Made by a program: the position numbers and the translations under genes. 64,000 nucleotides of DNA from Candidatus Aenigmatarchaeota archaeon. GTDB lineage: Archaea > Aenigmatarchaeota > Aenigmatarchaeia > CG10238-14 > SCSR01. The stretch is taken from positions 13,269-77,268 of the forward strand of contig JACRAE010000004.1 in NCBI GenBank assembly GCA_016213525.1, written 5' to 3'. Shown one piece after another: positions 1 to 8,181 of this stretch (position 1 is its first letter; each line of letters starts with the position of its first letter). The notes under the pieces are model-generated. The model had not been told where the DNA came from. It ran no database searches and worked only from the letters and a program-made list of their open reading frames with translations.

Positions 1-496
1 CGAGCAGGCACAGCGTGTGCAATCCTCTCGACTTGTTCTCTCCTATCAGATTGTATACGGACTTCGGCAGCTTCCCCATTGTCTTCTCCATGAAAGGCAC
101 CGTGACGGTGGCGCCGAACTTGTAGACGTGCAGGCCCGTCTCCGCGACCGCGGAGAATATGGAGGAGTTGTGGATTATCCTGGTCTCTATGCCGAGCTTC
201 CTCGCCTCGACGAGGAGTGTGGCGTGCGTCGTGGCCACCATCGGGTCGCCCTGCGTGAAAATAACGACTTTCTTGGACTTCGCCTCCTCGAGTATCCTGC
301 CGGACCCCTCCTCCATGTCCGCCCTCTTCAGCATGAAGACCTGGTTCTTGACCAGCTCCTGGAGGTTCTCGACGCTGCCAGCCCACTTGCCGGTGTAGAA
401 CTCGCAGTAGACCTTGTCCGCTTCCTTCGCGGCGTCTATCCCGCGTAGCGTCAGGTCGTACTCGTCGTTCAGGCCTAGTCCGATCAGAGTCAGCAT
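1..496 (-). CDS. dphB: Diphthine synthase (partial; C-terminus lies beyond the window start)
   Basis: Absent from the ORF track because it is open at the window edge. The reverse-strand ATG at 496..494 reads MLTLIGLGLNDEYDLTLRGIDAAKEADKVYCEFYT...QGDPMVATTH...IIHNSSIFSAVAETGLHVYKFG, which is typical of Dph5/DphB tetrapyrrole-methylase-fold enzymes. Track ORFs 17..448 and 159..398 (+) are its antisense shadows. Confidence 0.85.
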   Translation of the reverse strand, partial: MLTLIGLGLNDEYDLTLRGIDAAKEADKVYCEFYTGKWAGSVENLQELVKNQVFMLKRADMEEGSGRILEEAKSKKVVIFTQGDPMVATTHATLLVEARKLGIETRIIHNSSIFSAVAETGLHVYKFGATVTVPFMEKTMGKLPKSVYNLIGENKSRGLHTLCLL

Positions 497-594
497 GAGA
501 AAAACCTGCGCTTTTCACGCTTAAACATTCATCCCCCGCGTCTGCGGGACGAAACTTCCTCAGGGCTTAAAAAGAAGGGCGGCGAATCTGTTTC

Positions 595-1374
595 ATGGGA
601 ATGGACATAGTCGGATCTGGGGACAGGATGGTCGCCCTCGTCGAGCTGGAGGAGGGCTCGGAGAAGAAGATAGAGGACGTCGCCAAGGAGGTCATAGCGG
701 AGAACAAGAACGTCGTGTCAGTCCTGCAGAAGTTCCCGGGCACGAAGGGCAGCTACAGGACAAAGACCTACAAGTTCGTGGCCGGCGACAGCAACACAGA
801 GGTGCTGCACAAGGAGTACGGATACCTGCTGAGGCTCGACCCTCAGAAAGTTTATTTTTCCCCCAGGGAGTCGACGGTGAGGCAGCACGTGTCCAGCCGC
901 GTGAGGCCGGGGGACAGGGTCCTCGTGATGTTCGCCGGGGTCGGACCGTACCCGGTGTGCATGGCGAAATCGCAGCCCCTCCTCTCCGAAATAGTGGCGG
1001 TCGAGTTCAACCCGGAGGCCTTCCGATACATGAAAGACAACATAAGGATCAACAAGATAGCGCACCTCGTGACCCCGCTGATGGGAGACGTCAGGATAGT
1101 GTGCGCGAACATGTCGGGCCAGTTCGACAAGATAGTCATGCCGATGGTGGAGGCGTTCGACTTCATAGACGTCGCCGCGGACTGCTGCAAGAGCGGCGGG
1201 CTGATACAGGTATACATGGTCAGCGACAAGGAGCGCCTCTATGAGGACTGCAGGGCTGCTGTGAAGGAGAAGATGAATGCCCTTGGAAGGGAATACGACG
1301 TAGAGGCGGAGAGCAAGGTCGGCCTGTACTCGCCGGGGAAATGGAAGGTATTAATTGAGATAAGGATGAAGTGA
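595..1374 (+). CDS. trm5: tRNA (guanine37-N1)-methyltransferase, Trm5/Taw22 family
   Basis: ATG start. Motifs: LHKEYGYLLRLDPQKVYFSPRESTVRQ and the SAM-binding LVMFAGVGPYPV ... AVEFNPEAFRYMKDNIRINK ... GDVR. This is the Met-10+/Trm5 class I methyltransferase pattern. Confidence 0.75.
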   Translation: MGMDIVGSGDRMVALVELEEGSEKKIEDVAKEVIAENKNVVSVLQKFPGTKGSYRTKTYKFVAGDSNTEVLHKEYGYLLRLDPQKVYFSPRESTVRQHVSSRVRPGDRVLVMFAGVGPYPVCMAKSQPLLSEIVAVEFNPEAFRYMKDNIRINKIAHLVTPLMGDVRIVCANMSGQFDKIVMPMVEAFDFIDVAADCCKSGGLIQVYMVSDKERLYEDCRAAVKEKMNALGREYDVEAESKVGLYSPGKWKVLIEIRMK

Positions 1375-1378
1375 TTAA

Positions 1379-2224
1379 ATGGACGTCAAGGATTACATCA
1401 AGGACTGCCAGGTAGTCGTGCACGCCGGCGGAATGGGCGAGAGGTGGAGCCCCGTCACCAACGGGAACCACGTGAAACCCAGGACAGAGGTCGGCCTCAA
1501 GCCCAGGCCAATGATAGACTGGACGCTCCTGCCGTTCGTGAAGTGCGGCATCAAGAACATATTCCCGACTCTGTGGTACAAGGCAGAGACGCTGAAGAGG
1601 CATCTGGACAGCGTGTCGGACCAGACAGGCATCAAATTCACTTATCTCGAGGAGCCCGAGGGTAGGAGGCTGGGGAGGGCGGGAATAATCAAGGAGTCCA
1701 TAAGGAGCGGCCTGCTCGACCCCGACAAGCCAATCATATCCACGAACGGCGCCGACGTTATAGCGGTCGACGTCGAGAAGCTCGTGGCGTTCCACCTCGA
1801 GGGACTGAAGATGGGAACGGGCGTCACCATAGTGGGCGCAATCGAGATACCGACGGAGTTCGGCCAGTACCACGTCGACCCGGTCACGAAGAAGGTCACC
1901 GGGTTCAAGGAGAAGCCCGTCGTCAAGATGTCGCCGGACGAGCACGTCCACACCGGCATGTTCCTCTTCGACCCGTCGGCCAACGGGGCGTTCATGAACA
2001 TAGACGAGTCGAAGTACCCAGTGAACATAGAGGACCTGAAGGGCGAGGTCGGGGACAGCATCTTCAACAACGCGAGGAGCTACGGCACGATAATCCCATT
2101 CAAGGAGTGGGTCTTCTTCAAGAGCCCGAAGCACTTCAAGGAGTTCGGCGGCATAGACTTCGAGAGGTTCCTCGGAGTGGAGAACGTAGAGACTTATCTG
2201 GGCGAATACAAAAAAGGGAATTGA
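1379..2224 (+). CDS. Sugar-phosphate nucleotidyltransferase family protein (divergent)
   Basis: N-terminal HAGGMGERW...KPR..V..KPMIDW resembles the AGGxGTRL...KP nucleotidyltransferase (GT-A) loop. The gene starts 5 nt after the trm5 stop. Confidence 0.55.
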   Translation: MDVKDYIKDCQVVVHAGGMGERWSPVTNGNHVKPRTEVGLKPRPMIDWTLLPFVKCGIKNIFPTLWYKAETLKRHLDSVSDQTGIKFTYLEEPEGRRLGRAGIIKESIRSGLLDPDKPIISTNGADVIAVDVEKLVAFHLEGLKMGTGVTIVGAIEIPTEFGQYHVDPVTKKVTGFKEKPVVKMSPDEHVHTGMFLFDPSANGAFMNIDESKYPVNIEDLKGEVGDSIFNNARSYGTIIPFKEWVFFKSPKHFKEFGGIDFERFLGVENVETYLGEYKKGN

Positions 2225-2226
2225 AA

Positions 2227-2312
2227 GCGGGGGTCACCTAGCCTGGTCAATGGTGCCAGCTTCAGAAGCTGGTTCCTTAGTGGATACGTGGGTTCAAATC
2301 CCACCCCCCGCA
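2227..2312 (+). tRNA. tRNA-Leu (anticodon CAG), type II with long variable arm, no encoded CCA
   Basis: Hand-folded. Acceptor stem GCGGGGG (2227-2233) pairs with CCCCCGC (2305-2311), with discriminator A at 2312. The anticodon stem CCAGC/GCTGG encloses loop TTCAGAA. The T-arm is GTGGG-TTCAAAT-CCCAC (2288-2304). The long variable arm is typical of Leu/Ser tRNAs. Confidence 0.9.
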
Positions 2313-2345
2313 CAAGAATTTAACCTTCGGAGAGAGCCACATCTT

Positions 2346-2702
2346 ATGTCGAAGCAGAAAACCTCCTTCAGCAGCTACATGAAACGGATTCAGGAAGAGG
2401 GAATTTGCATAGAGTCCGAGAAGGACGCCTACAGCAACCTGGTGAAAATGGCAATCGAGGACTACGGCAAGGACGACGTGAGGAACGCTCTAAGAATCAT
2501 CCTGCCACAGGTGATAGAAAAGTCATGCGAGAATCAGATTAAGATGTTCGAGGACGACAGGAATTCCATAAGCAATTTTTATCGGAACGTGGCCGAGGGT
2601 TTCAGGGAAAATTACAATAGGGGCCTGCCGATACAGATCGGTCCTTTCATTTTCATCAAGAAATATCTAGAGGAATTGGAGATCAATTCAGTCGGTAGAT
2701 GA
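2346..2702 (+). CDS. Hypothetical protein (118 aa)
   Basis: Track ORF 2250..2702 trimmed to the first ATG downstream of the tRNA (MSKQKTSF...). I recognise no motif. The 3' end overlaps the convergent condensing-enzyme gene by 20 nt. The region is AT-richer than its flanks. Confidence 0.35.
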   Translation: MSKQKTSFSSYMKRIQEEGICIESEKDAYSNLVKMAIEDYGKDDVRNALRIILPQVIEKSCENQIKMFEDDRNSISNFYRNVAEGFRENYNRGLPIQIGPFIFIKKYLEELEINSVGR

Positions 2703-3774
2703 AGGCGTCTGCGCCCTCCCACCCGTAGTCTACCATGACGCCGTAGTCGCCCTTTGACAGTATTTTCCTCTCCACGGACTCCTTCATCAGCTGCAGGGAG
2801 CTGGCCGCCCCTGTGTTGCCGCACTCGTTGAATATCCTGTAGCTGAGCTCGGTCTTCTTTGAATCTAAATTGCAGCTCTTTGACACGCTGTCCATGAAAC
2901 TCTTCCCCGCCGTGTGAAGGTTCACCAGCTTGGATTTGTCGTATTGGTGGGGATATTTCTTCTGGAGGGTCGCGACGTTCTCGGAAGACAGGTTTGCACA
3001 GGACTCCCTGAGCCTCTTAGAGTCGACATCGAGCTCTCTTGGGAACAGCCCACTCTCCCCGACATATTTCACCGTAGCCTTTCTGTGCGCGTCTGGGGAA
3101 GTGTCCTTCCTGTTTGACATCATGTCGAAGTCTATCGAAATTGAATATTCCAATCTCGGCTCCTCGCCCGAAACGTAGGTCGAAGCCACCGTGTCGCTGA
3201 ACATCAGGAAATACATCATGTCCAAGAAGCCCCTGTCCTTTGTATTTTCTATCTTACCTATTTTTTCCAAGTTCGGCAGGAACCAGTCTGTATAGCAGCT
3301 TCCAATCAAAACTAGCGTGCCGTCACCTGAGTTAGGCAGCACGGTGTTTGCATACGCGCCCATGAGGCTCTGAGACAGAGCCGAGCAGGCCATGCCCTGC
3401 CTATTGTCTGTCCTGATTGTGCTTTTGAGAGACAATCGAGGTACCAACTCTACAGTCGGCGACGGAAGATCCTGCTGATAATTGTCGTTTACTGTGACTA
3501 TCTGGCCGACGTCTGTGGGGCTTCTGTCCGCTCTGGACAACGTGTACTCGGCGGACTTAACATACATGTCGACTAGGCGCTCGGGCCCGGTATTTGACTT
3601 TTCAAAAAAATTGCGGTTCTTGTAGACCCTGCCTATCGTGCCTATCTTGTCCATGACGTAATCCCGAACCCCAAGCGACATTTTGTCCTTGAATATGTCG
3701 TTCACTAGCTGGTCCATTGTGTATTCGTGGCCTGCGAACGTCACGTCTATCGGGGAAAGGTAAACGGACTTCAT
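2683..3774 (-). CDS. Thiolase-fold condensing enzyme, type III polyketide synthase / KAS III-like
   Basis: 363 aa. Candidate catalytic Cys lies in ..NRQGMACSALSQSL.., His in ..NLHTAGKSFMD.., and Asn in ..ECGNTGAASS... His and Asn are 33 residues apart, as in chalcone-synthase-type enzymes. The ATG start is 5 nt after the stop of the upstream oxidoreductase gene. Confidence 0.65.
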   Translation of the reverse strand: MKSVYLSPIDVTFAGHEYTMDQLVNDIFKDKMSLGVRDYVMDKIGTIGRVYKNRNFFEKSNTGPERLVDMYVKSAEYTLSRADRSPTDVGQIVTVNDNYQQDLPSPTVELVPRLSLKSTIRTDNRQGMACSALSQSLMGAYANTVLPNSGDGTLVLIGSCYTDWFLPNLEKIGKIENTKDRGFLDMMYFLMFSDTVASTYVSGEEPRLEYSISIDFDMMSNRKDTSPDAHRKATVKYVGESGLFPRELDVDSKRLRESCANLSSENVATLQKKYPHQYDKSKLVNLHTAGKSFMDSVSKSCNLDSKKTELSYRIFNECGNTGAASSLQLMKESVERKILSKGDYGVMVDYGWEGADAFIYRLN

Positions 3775-3779
3775 GTCTA

Positions 3780-4784
3780 TCAGTGTAGATTCTGTGCTAG
3801 TTCCTCTAAATTCTTTATGTTTTCCGGCCTGTAGTAATCTTTCTTGCCCATATCCATCCCTGCTATCACCGCCTTGACACCTGAATTTTTTCCGTAGGCG
3901 CGGAGGCCCTCAGCGACTTCTCCGGGCCTGCCGTGTGTAGTCAGGGCCTCCAGCATCTCGCCCGTGACTTCCTTCGACGCATATTCTAGTTTTAGGGAAG
4001 GATTCTTTGTCTGACTGTAAACGTTTCTGATTGAGTCGACCTCCACCTCGAAGCCCGCTCTCTTTAGTCCCGGAATGTAGCCGCTGTTGTTCGCAGTGTA
4101 GTTTGCTATAGTGAGCCTGGCCGAGTCCCTCCAGTCGGAGTCCCAGTCATCGAAATATACCAGCCGTATTGCTGCCACCTCGAACTTGGAGTAGTTTCTC
4201 CTCGATTCTCTCATAGTTTCCCGCAGCATCTCTGCCGTCCTCTTGGCCTCCCCGGGGGTCTCCATATGAAGTATCACGCCGTCTGGGTTCAGGTCCCTGA
4301 CGGATTCAAAGGGAGCTAACCTAGAAGCCGCCGTTATTTTTGCCTTGTCCCTAGAGACACCCCAGAAAATCCTGACGTTTTGGTCGGGACCTAGATTATA
4401 TTTGAGGTGCATCGTGTACTCCTTGAGCTTCGACAAAGAATATTTTTTCTCGAACCCCCACATCTTAGCAATGTAATCCGTGCTAGCCCCCATACCCAAA
4501 ATCAAACTCGTGCCTTCTGGCGGGCAGATCCTGTTCAGTTCTCTAAGAATATCCTCCTTGTACCTGGAGTGCACACTCACTATTCCTGTACCTATCGTTG
4601 TCTTGCCGCCGCGGTCGGATATCCTCTCCAGGGCGTCGAACGCGTTGACGCCGGCCATCTTAGGATGGGTCTCCGGTACCAGGAAATAATCCAGATTGTT
4701 CTTCCTCGCTATCTCCGCGGCCCTGATTATGGGCTCCATCTCCGCCCTTATCCCCAGCTCCAGGCCGTACTTGATCCTTCTCAC
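3780..4784 (-). CDS. Luciferase-like (LLM, Mer/F420- or FMN-dependent type) oxidoreductase
   Basis: The pattern IKYGLELG...AEIARKNNLDYFLVPETH...TIGTGIVSV...LILGMGAS...HGRPGEVAEGLRAYGKNSGVKAVIAG resembles the LLM/Mer TIM-barrel family. The start is set at the GTG at 4784. The track ORF extends to 4919, and the in-frame ATG at 4838 would overlap the divergent gene's ATG, so the start is uncertain. Confidence 0.5.
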   Translation of the reverse strand: MRRIKYGLELGIRAEMEPIIRAAEIARKNNLDYFLVPETHPKMAGVNAFDALERISDRGGKTTIGTGIVSVHSRYKEDILRELNRICPPEGTSLILGMGASTDYIAKMWGFEKKYSLSKLKEYTMHLKYNLGPDQNVRIFWGVSRDKAKITAASRLAPFESVRDLNPDGVILHMETPGEAKRTAEMLRETMRESRRNYSKFEVAAIRLVYFDDWDSDWRDSARLTIANYTANNSGYIPGLKRAGFEVEVDSIRNVYSQTKNPSLKLEYASKEVTGEMLEALTTHGRPGEVAEGLRAYGKNSGVKAVIAGMDMGKKDYYRPENIKNLEELAQNLH

Positions 4785-4836
4785 AAAATAACTGTCCGCG
4801 CCTATAGATTTAAGGTGGCAGGGAGAATTATTCCAC

Positions 4837-5133
4837 ATGGACGGAAGCGAGAAGAAAGTCACCGTGGTGAAGCTGGGCGAATTCAAGCTCAACGAGACGT
4901 CAGTCCTCGTGATAAACAAGACCGACTACTCGGGCGAGGACAGGATAGACTTCCGCGTCTGGGTCAACTCGATGAAGTACAAGGGGCCGACGAAGCAGGG
5001 CTTCACGCTCTCTCTCGACAAGATGCAGGACTTCATGGACTTCGTTGCGAAGCTGAAGGAGAAGGCCGGAATCGAGCCGAAGAAATCTGAGCCCGAGCCG
5101 GTGAAAAAGAAGAAAGCCAAGAAGCGTGAATAA
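4837..5133 (+). CDS. PC4/YdbC-like putative ssDNA-binding protein with Lys-rich tail
   Basis: 98 aa. EDRIDFRVWVNSMKYKGPTKQGFTLSLDKMQDF resembles the PC4 core (...IDIREYW...GRKGISL...QW). The C-terminal tail is KKKKAKKRE. Confidence 0.45.
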   Translation: MDGSEKKVTVVKLGEFKLNETSVLVINKTDYSGEDRIDFRVWVNSMKYKGPTKQGFTLSLDKMQDFMDFVAKLKEKAGIEPKKSEPEPVKKKKAKKRE

Positions 5134-5138
5134 ATTTT

Positions 5139-6245
5139 ATGGAGATCGGCCTCGACGTCATAACCGTCTTCGGTTTCTTCTCCCTCGTGGGCGTGCTTCT
5201 GGTCCTGGACAGGAAGAACGTCGAGTTCAACTACGGCCTCATCATACGCAGGTGGAAGCACGGCCAGTACGTCATGGACAAATGGATATTTTCGCATAGG
5301 AAGTTCCTGAACGCGTTCGGAACCGTCGGGGTGGTGGTCGGATTCGTCGCCGCGGCCTTCGGCATCGTGAGCATACTCTACGCCACGGTTCTGGGTCAGC
5401 AGTCCGTCTCGCCCATACTACCGACGGTGGGCGAATACCAGTACCCGTCCGGCATAGTCGGGGTCCCGTTCTGGTTCTGGATAATCTCTATTTTCGTGGT
5501 GCTCTCCGTCCACGAGCCTATGCACGCCATATTCGCCAGGCTCGCAGGCGTGCCGGTCAGGAGCTGGGGCGTGATGACCTTCTTCGTGCTGCCACTCGGA
5601 GCGTTCGTCGACCCCGACATGAGGAAGGTCTACAGGCTGACCCTGATGCAGAAGCTGAAGATATTCGCGGGCGGCAGCTTCGGAAATTTCATGACTGCGG
5701 CCGTCGTCCTTCTGGTCCTAATCGCCTCTTCTTATATAATGTTCGGGCAGGCGAACGTTCCGGGCGGCCCGGCCGACGTGGCCGGCCTCGAGGGGACCAT
5801 AGAGAAGGTCGGCAGCGTGGAGATAACCCACATCGGCAACCTCAGCTCAGTACTAAACGCCACCGAGTCCGGTAGCACTATTCAGGTGGCGACCGACCGT
5901 GGGACGTACGAGGTCGTCACGGCCGCGAATCCGACCACTGGCCATGGTTCTTACATAGGCGTGACTTTCGGCCTGAGACCGGAGTACATGGCCTGGAAGG
6001 AATCGGTGTCTGTCTTCATGCAGCTCCTAAAGTGGCTCCTCATCTTCAACATAGGGATAGGCGTGTTCAACATGATACCCATGAAGCCGTTCGACGGGGG
6101 CCATGTGTTTGAGGCCGTATTCGCGAAGGTCCTGAAGAGCGAGAAGGCGGGAAAGACGGCGATAAACATCACGTCCGTGGCGGTGCTGGGAATACTGCTG
6201 TTCAACGTGTTCGGAACCGGAATAGTAAAGGCGCTGTTTATCTGA
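5139..6245 (+). CDS. Site-2 protease family (M50) membrane metalloprotease with PDZ-like insert
   Basis: An HExxH motif (VHEPMHAIFA) sits in a TM segment. The second motif is NMIPMKPFDGGH (the NxxPxxxxDG signature). There are multiple hydrophobic segments and a GGPADVAGLEGTIEKVG PDZ-like stretch. Confidence 0.75.
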   Translation: MEIGLDVITVFGFFSLVGVLLVLDRKNVEFNYGLIIRRWKHGQYVMDKWIFSHRKFLNAFGTVGVVVGFVAAAFGIVSILYATVLGQQSVSPILPTVGEYQYPSGIVGVPFWFWIISIFVVLSVHEPMHAIFARLAGVPVRSWGVMTFFVLPLGAFVDPDMRKVYRLTLMQKLKIFAGGSFGNFMTAAVVLLVLIASSYIMFGQANVPGGPADVAGLEGTIEKVGSVEITHIGNLSSVLNATESGSTIQVATDRGTYEVVTAANPTTGHGSYIGVTFGLRPEYMAWKESVSVFMQLLKWLLIFNIGIGVFNMIPMKPFDGGHVFEAVFAKVLKSEKAGKTAINITSVAVLGILLFNVFGTGIVKALFI

Positions 6246-6795
6246 GAATCTCGGTCTTCCTGAACTCGAAGTTCCTTATCGGATAGATCCTCCTGACCTC
6301 GTTCAGTATCCTCGTCTTGGCCTTGTCGTCCAGCATCCTCTCCAGGAAGTCGCTCAGCGAGGATTTCTTGACCTCGTCCGCCACGAGCTCCTGCATGCGC
6401 CTCCTGACGATCTTGACTATGCTGCTCTTCATCTTCTTCGAGACTATGGACAAAGACTTGACGCGGATCTTGACGCCGTCCCTCGTCTCGAGGTCCTGCA
6501 CGGCGTCTATCCTCCTCACGTACCTGATGACCATCCTCGCTATGTAGTCCCTCATGCACTCGGACCCGTCGAACTCCGTGACGACCTTGTTCCCGACCAG
6601 GTCAGCCACGCGGAACTGGAACTTCACGTAGTACTTGCTAAAATTGTTCGTGATCTCTATCGCCGACACCGTTATCTTCCTGCCCTTCAGGAAAGCCGGG
6701 TCGCTCGCCGTGGTCTTCCCTATGTCCTTCGCGCCGAATATTTCGGGAGAGGTTATAGTGTACCATGCCTTCGACTTTGTCTTTTTAACTGCCAA
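6238..6795 (-). CDS. rps3ae: 30S ribosomal protein S3Ae (eS1)
   Basis: MAVKKTKSKAWYTITSPEIFG...YYVKFQFRV...IRYVRRID are canonical S3Ae features. The first codon at 6795..6793 is TTG (plus-strand CAA). The gene overlaps the upstream recJ-like gene by 11 nt. Confidence 0.9.
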   Translation of the reverse strand: MAVKKTKSKAWYTITSPEIFGAKDIGKTTASDPAFLKGRKITVSAIEITNNFSKYYVKFQFRVADLVGNKVVTEFDGSECMRDYIARMVIRYVRRIDAVQDLETRDGVKIRVKSLSIVSKKMKSSIVKIVRRRMQELVADEVKKSSLSDFLERMLDDKAKTRILNEVRRIYPIRNFEFRKTEILR

Positions 6796-8161
6796 TCATT
6801 TCACCTTTTTCCTCGACGCCGCCCACGATGCGGATGAAGTCCGCCTCCCTGTCCCTCGGTATGAGGCCTCCTGCGGCGGACACGTGCCCACCGCCTTCGC
6901 CCCCGAGCGACTCAGCGACTGCCGAGATAATATCCTTTATATTTATTCCTTTTAAGGCTTTTGAAACCCTACCGGACACCTTGATTCGGCCGTCCGCCGT
7001 GTAGGCCATGCCGAACACAGGCTTTCCAGGGTCGATTATCCCGGAGCTCAGCACTATCGTCGAGACGGTCCCTATCACCATCTCAGATATGCTGCCCCTT
7101 GCGACTATGATGGTCGCCTTCGGGGCCGAAACTATGCTCTTTTGGTTGTTCCTCACCCAGTTTATCCCCTGCGCTATCGTCGCCCTGTAGCCCTCCATCA
7201 CGCTCCAGCACCTGTCCATGACCGAGTAGTCGCCGAGAAGTATCCTCAGCGCTATGTCGTGGTTCCCCGTCCTGCCGCACGCGTTGATCAGGGTTCCGAA
7301 CTCCCTCACGTCCTGCAGCTCCTCCGGCCTGCCGAACAGCGTGTGTATGTCGCCGAATATGTCCGATGCGTCGTCTTCCGTCCTCAGCCTCTCCATTATC
7401 ATCGCGGAGGCCATCTTCTGCTGCTCCTCCATCGTGAGGTCCTTGAGCGTCCTCCACTCGGTCCCGTTCTTCACCGGTATCCCGAGGTCGGAAAGGAACT
7501 GTATCGCCTGCGACTCGGAACCCGATATGCCGGGTATGAACGGGTCGAACGTGAAGGCGAGCGACTTGTATATGGGTCTGGTGTTCCTTCCGTAGAGGCG
7601 CAGCCCCCGCACGACGGATATCTTGCCCATCGCCACCCCCTCGTCCAGGACCCTCTTGATGAACCCCTTGAACTCCCACTTCTCGTCCGCCTCGTCCGCG
7701 GCGGCGCCTATCATCGCTATGTCCACCAGGTCTGCGTTCCTGTGGTCGAGGAACTTGGCGAACATGTAGCACACTATCGATGCGGACATCTCGGCCTCGC
7801 CGGTGAGGAGCGGGTTCACGTGTATCAGGTTCGGGTGCTCGAACTTCCTTGGCTCGTGGTGGTCCAAAATTACCACATTCGTCCTCTCGATTACCTCACT
7901 CAGCATGTCGAGCTGGCCGCTCCCGAAGTCGGAGAGTATCAACAGGTCGTCTTCCGTCGGCTTCAGGTCTGCGATTATGTCGGACGTCAGCTGCTTCAGT
8001 ATCCTCACCTCGAAGCTCGCGTCCTCCCTGACCAGAGCCTTCGTGAGTATGGCCGCCGATGTTATGCCGTCCGCGTCGAATTGGGACAAGACCTTCACCC
8101 TCCTCGTGCGTATGAGCTCCTTCGACGCGGCGGCCGCGCGCTCAACTTCCTCTAGAAACAA
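6785..8161 (-). CDS. recJ: DHH-family phosphoesterase, archaeal RecJ/Cdc45-like (GAN-type) nuclease
   Basis: DHH motifs are present: SQFDADGITSAA, VVILDHHEP, and C-terminal GGGHVSAAGG (DHHA1). It sits in the conserved rps15 / recJ-like / rps3ae arrangement. The first codon at 8161 is TTG. Confidence 0.75.
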   Translation of the reverse strand: MFLEEVERAAAASKELIRTRRVKVLSQFDADGITSAAILTKALVREDASFEVRILKQLTSDIIADLKPTEDDLLILSDFGSGQLDMLSEVIERTNVVILDHHEPRKFEHPNLIHVNPLLTGEAEMSASIVCYMFAKFLDHRNADLVDIAMIGAAADEADEKWEFKGFIKRVLDEGVAMGKISVVRGLRLYGRNTRPIYKSLAFTFDPFIPGISGSESQAIQFLSDLGIPVKNGTEWRTLKDLTMEEQQKMASAMIMERLRTEDDASDIFGDIHTLFGRPEELQDVREFGTLINACGRTGNHDIALRILLGDYSVMDRCWSVMEGYRATIAQGINWVRNNQKSIVSAPKATIIVARGSISEMVIGTVSTIVLSSGIIDPGKPVFGMAYTADGRIKVSGRVSKALKGINIKDIISAVAESLGGEGGGHVSAAGGLIPRDREADFIRIVGGVEEKGEMIGS

Positions 8162-8181
8162 GATATCACTAGACTAGATTG

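Noticed and set aside
17-448. Track ORFs 17..448 and 159..398 on the plus strand at the window start.
   Set aside because: The opposite strand encodes an unmistakable diphthine synthase N-terminus running off the window edge. The plus-strand ORFs are its shadows, and 17..448 starts at GTG.
2250-2345. The 5' part of track ORF 2250..2702.
   Set aside because: It overlaps the tRNA-Leu gene (2227..2312) on the same strand. The ORF was trimmed to the first ATG after the tRNA (2346).
2313-4836. Search for a direct repeat of the tRNA-Leu 3' end (an att-like site) or an integrase bounding the PKS-like islet.
   Set aside because: By eye I found no second copy of the GGTTCAAATCCCACCCCCCGCA segment and no integrase or recombinase ORF. 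The horizontal-transfer idea therefore rests only on composition and position. It is reported as a hypothesis, and I did not annotate a mobile element.
4785-4919. N-terminal extension of the LLM oxidoreductase ORF, including the in-frame ATG at 4838.
   Set aside because: The ATG at 4838..4836 overlaps the divergent PC4-like gene's ATG (4837..4839) in a CATG palindrome, which leaves no promoter space. The extension (…TFFSLPSMWNNSPCHLK…) has no LLM-family counterpart, whereas the GTG at 4784 places the start just before the conserved IKYGLELG strand. The start remains uncertain.
7142-8155. Long ORFs antisense to, or in alternate frames of, real genes. Examples: 7142..8155 (+, 337 aa), 12362..13513 (+, 383 aa), 26860..28065 (-, 401 aa), 33155..34408 (-, 417 aa), 19000..19782 (+), 23516..24379 (+), 22099..22827 (+) and 1220..2134 (-).
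   Set aside because: Each lies entirely inside a gene with clear family motifs. Their translations are low-complexity R/G/P/H/L-rich strings with no recognisable motif. They occur only in the GC-rich parts of the window, as expected for stop-codon-poor shadow frames.
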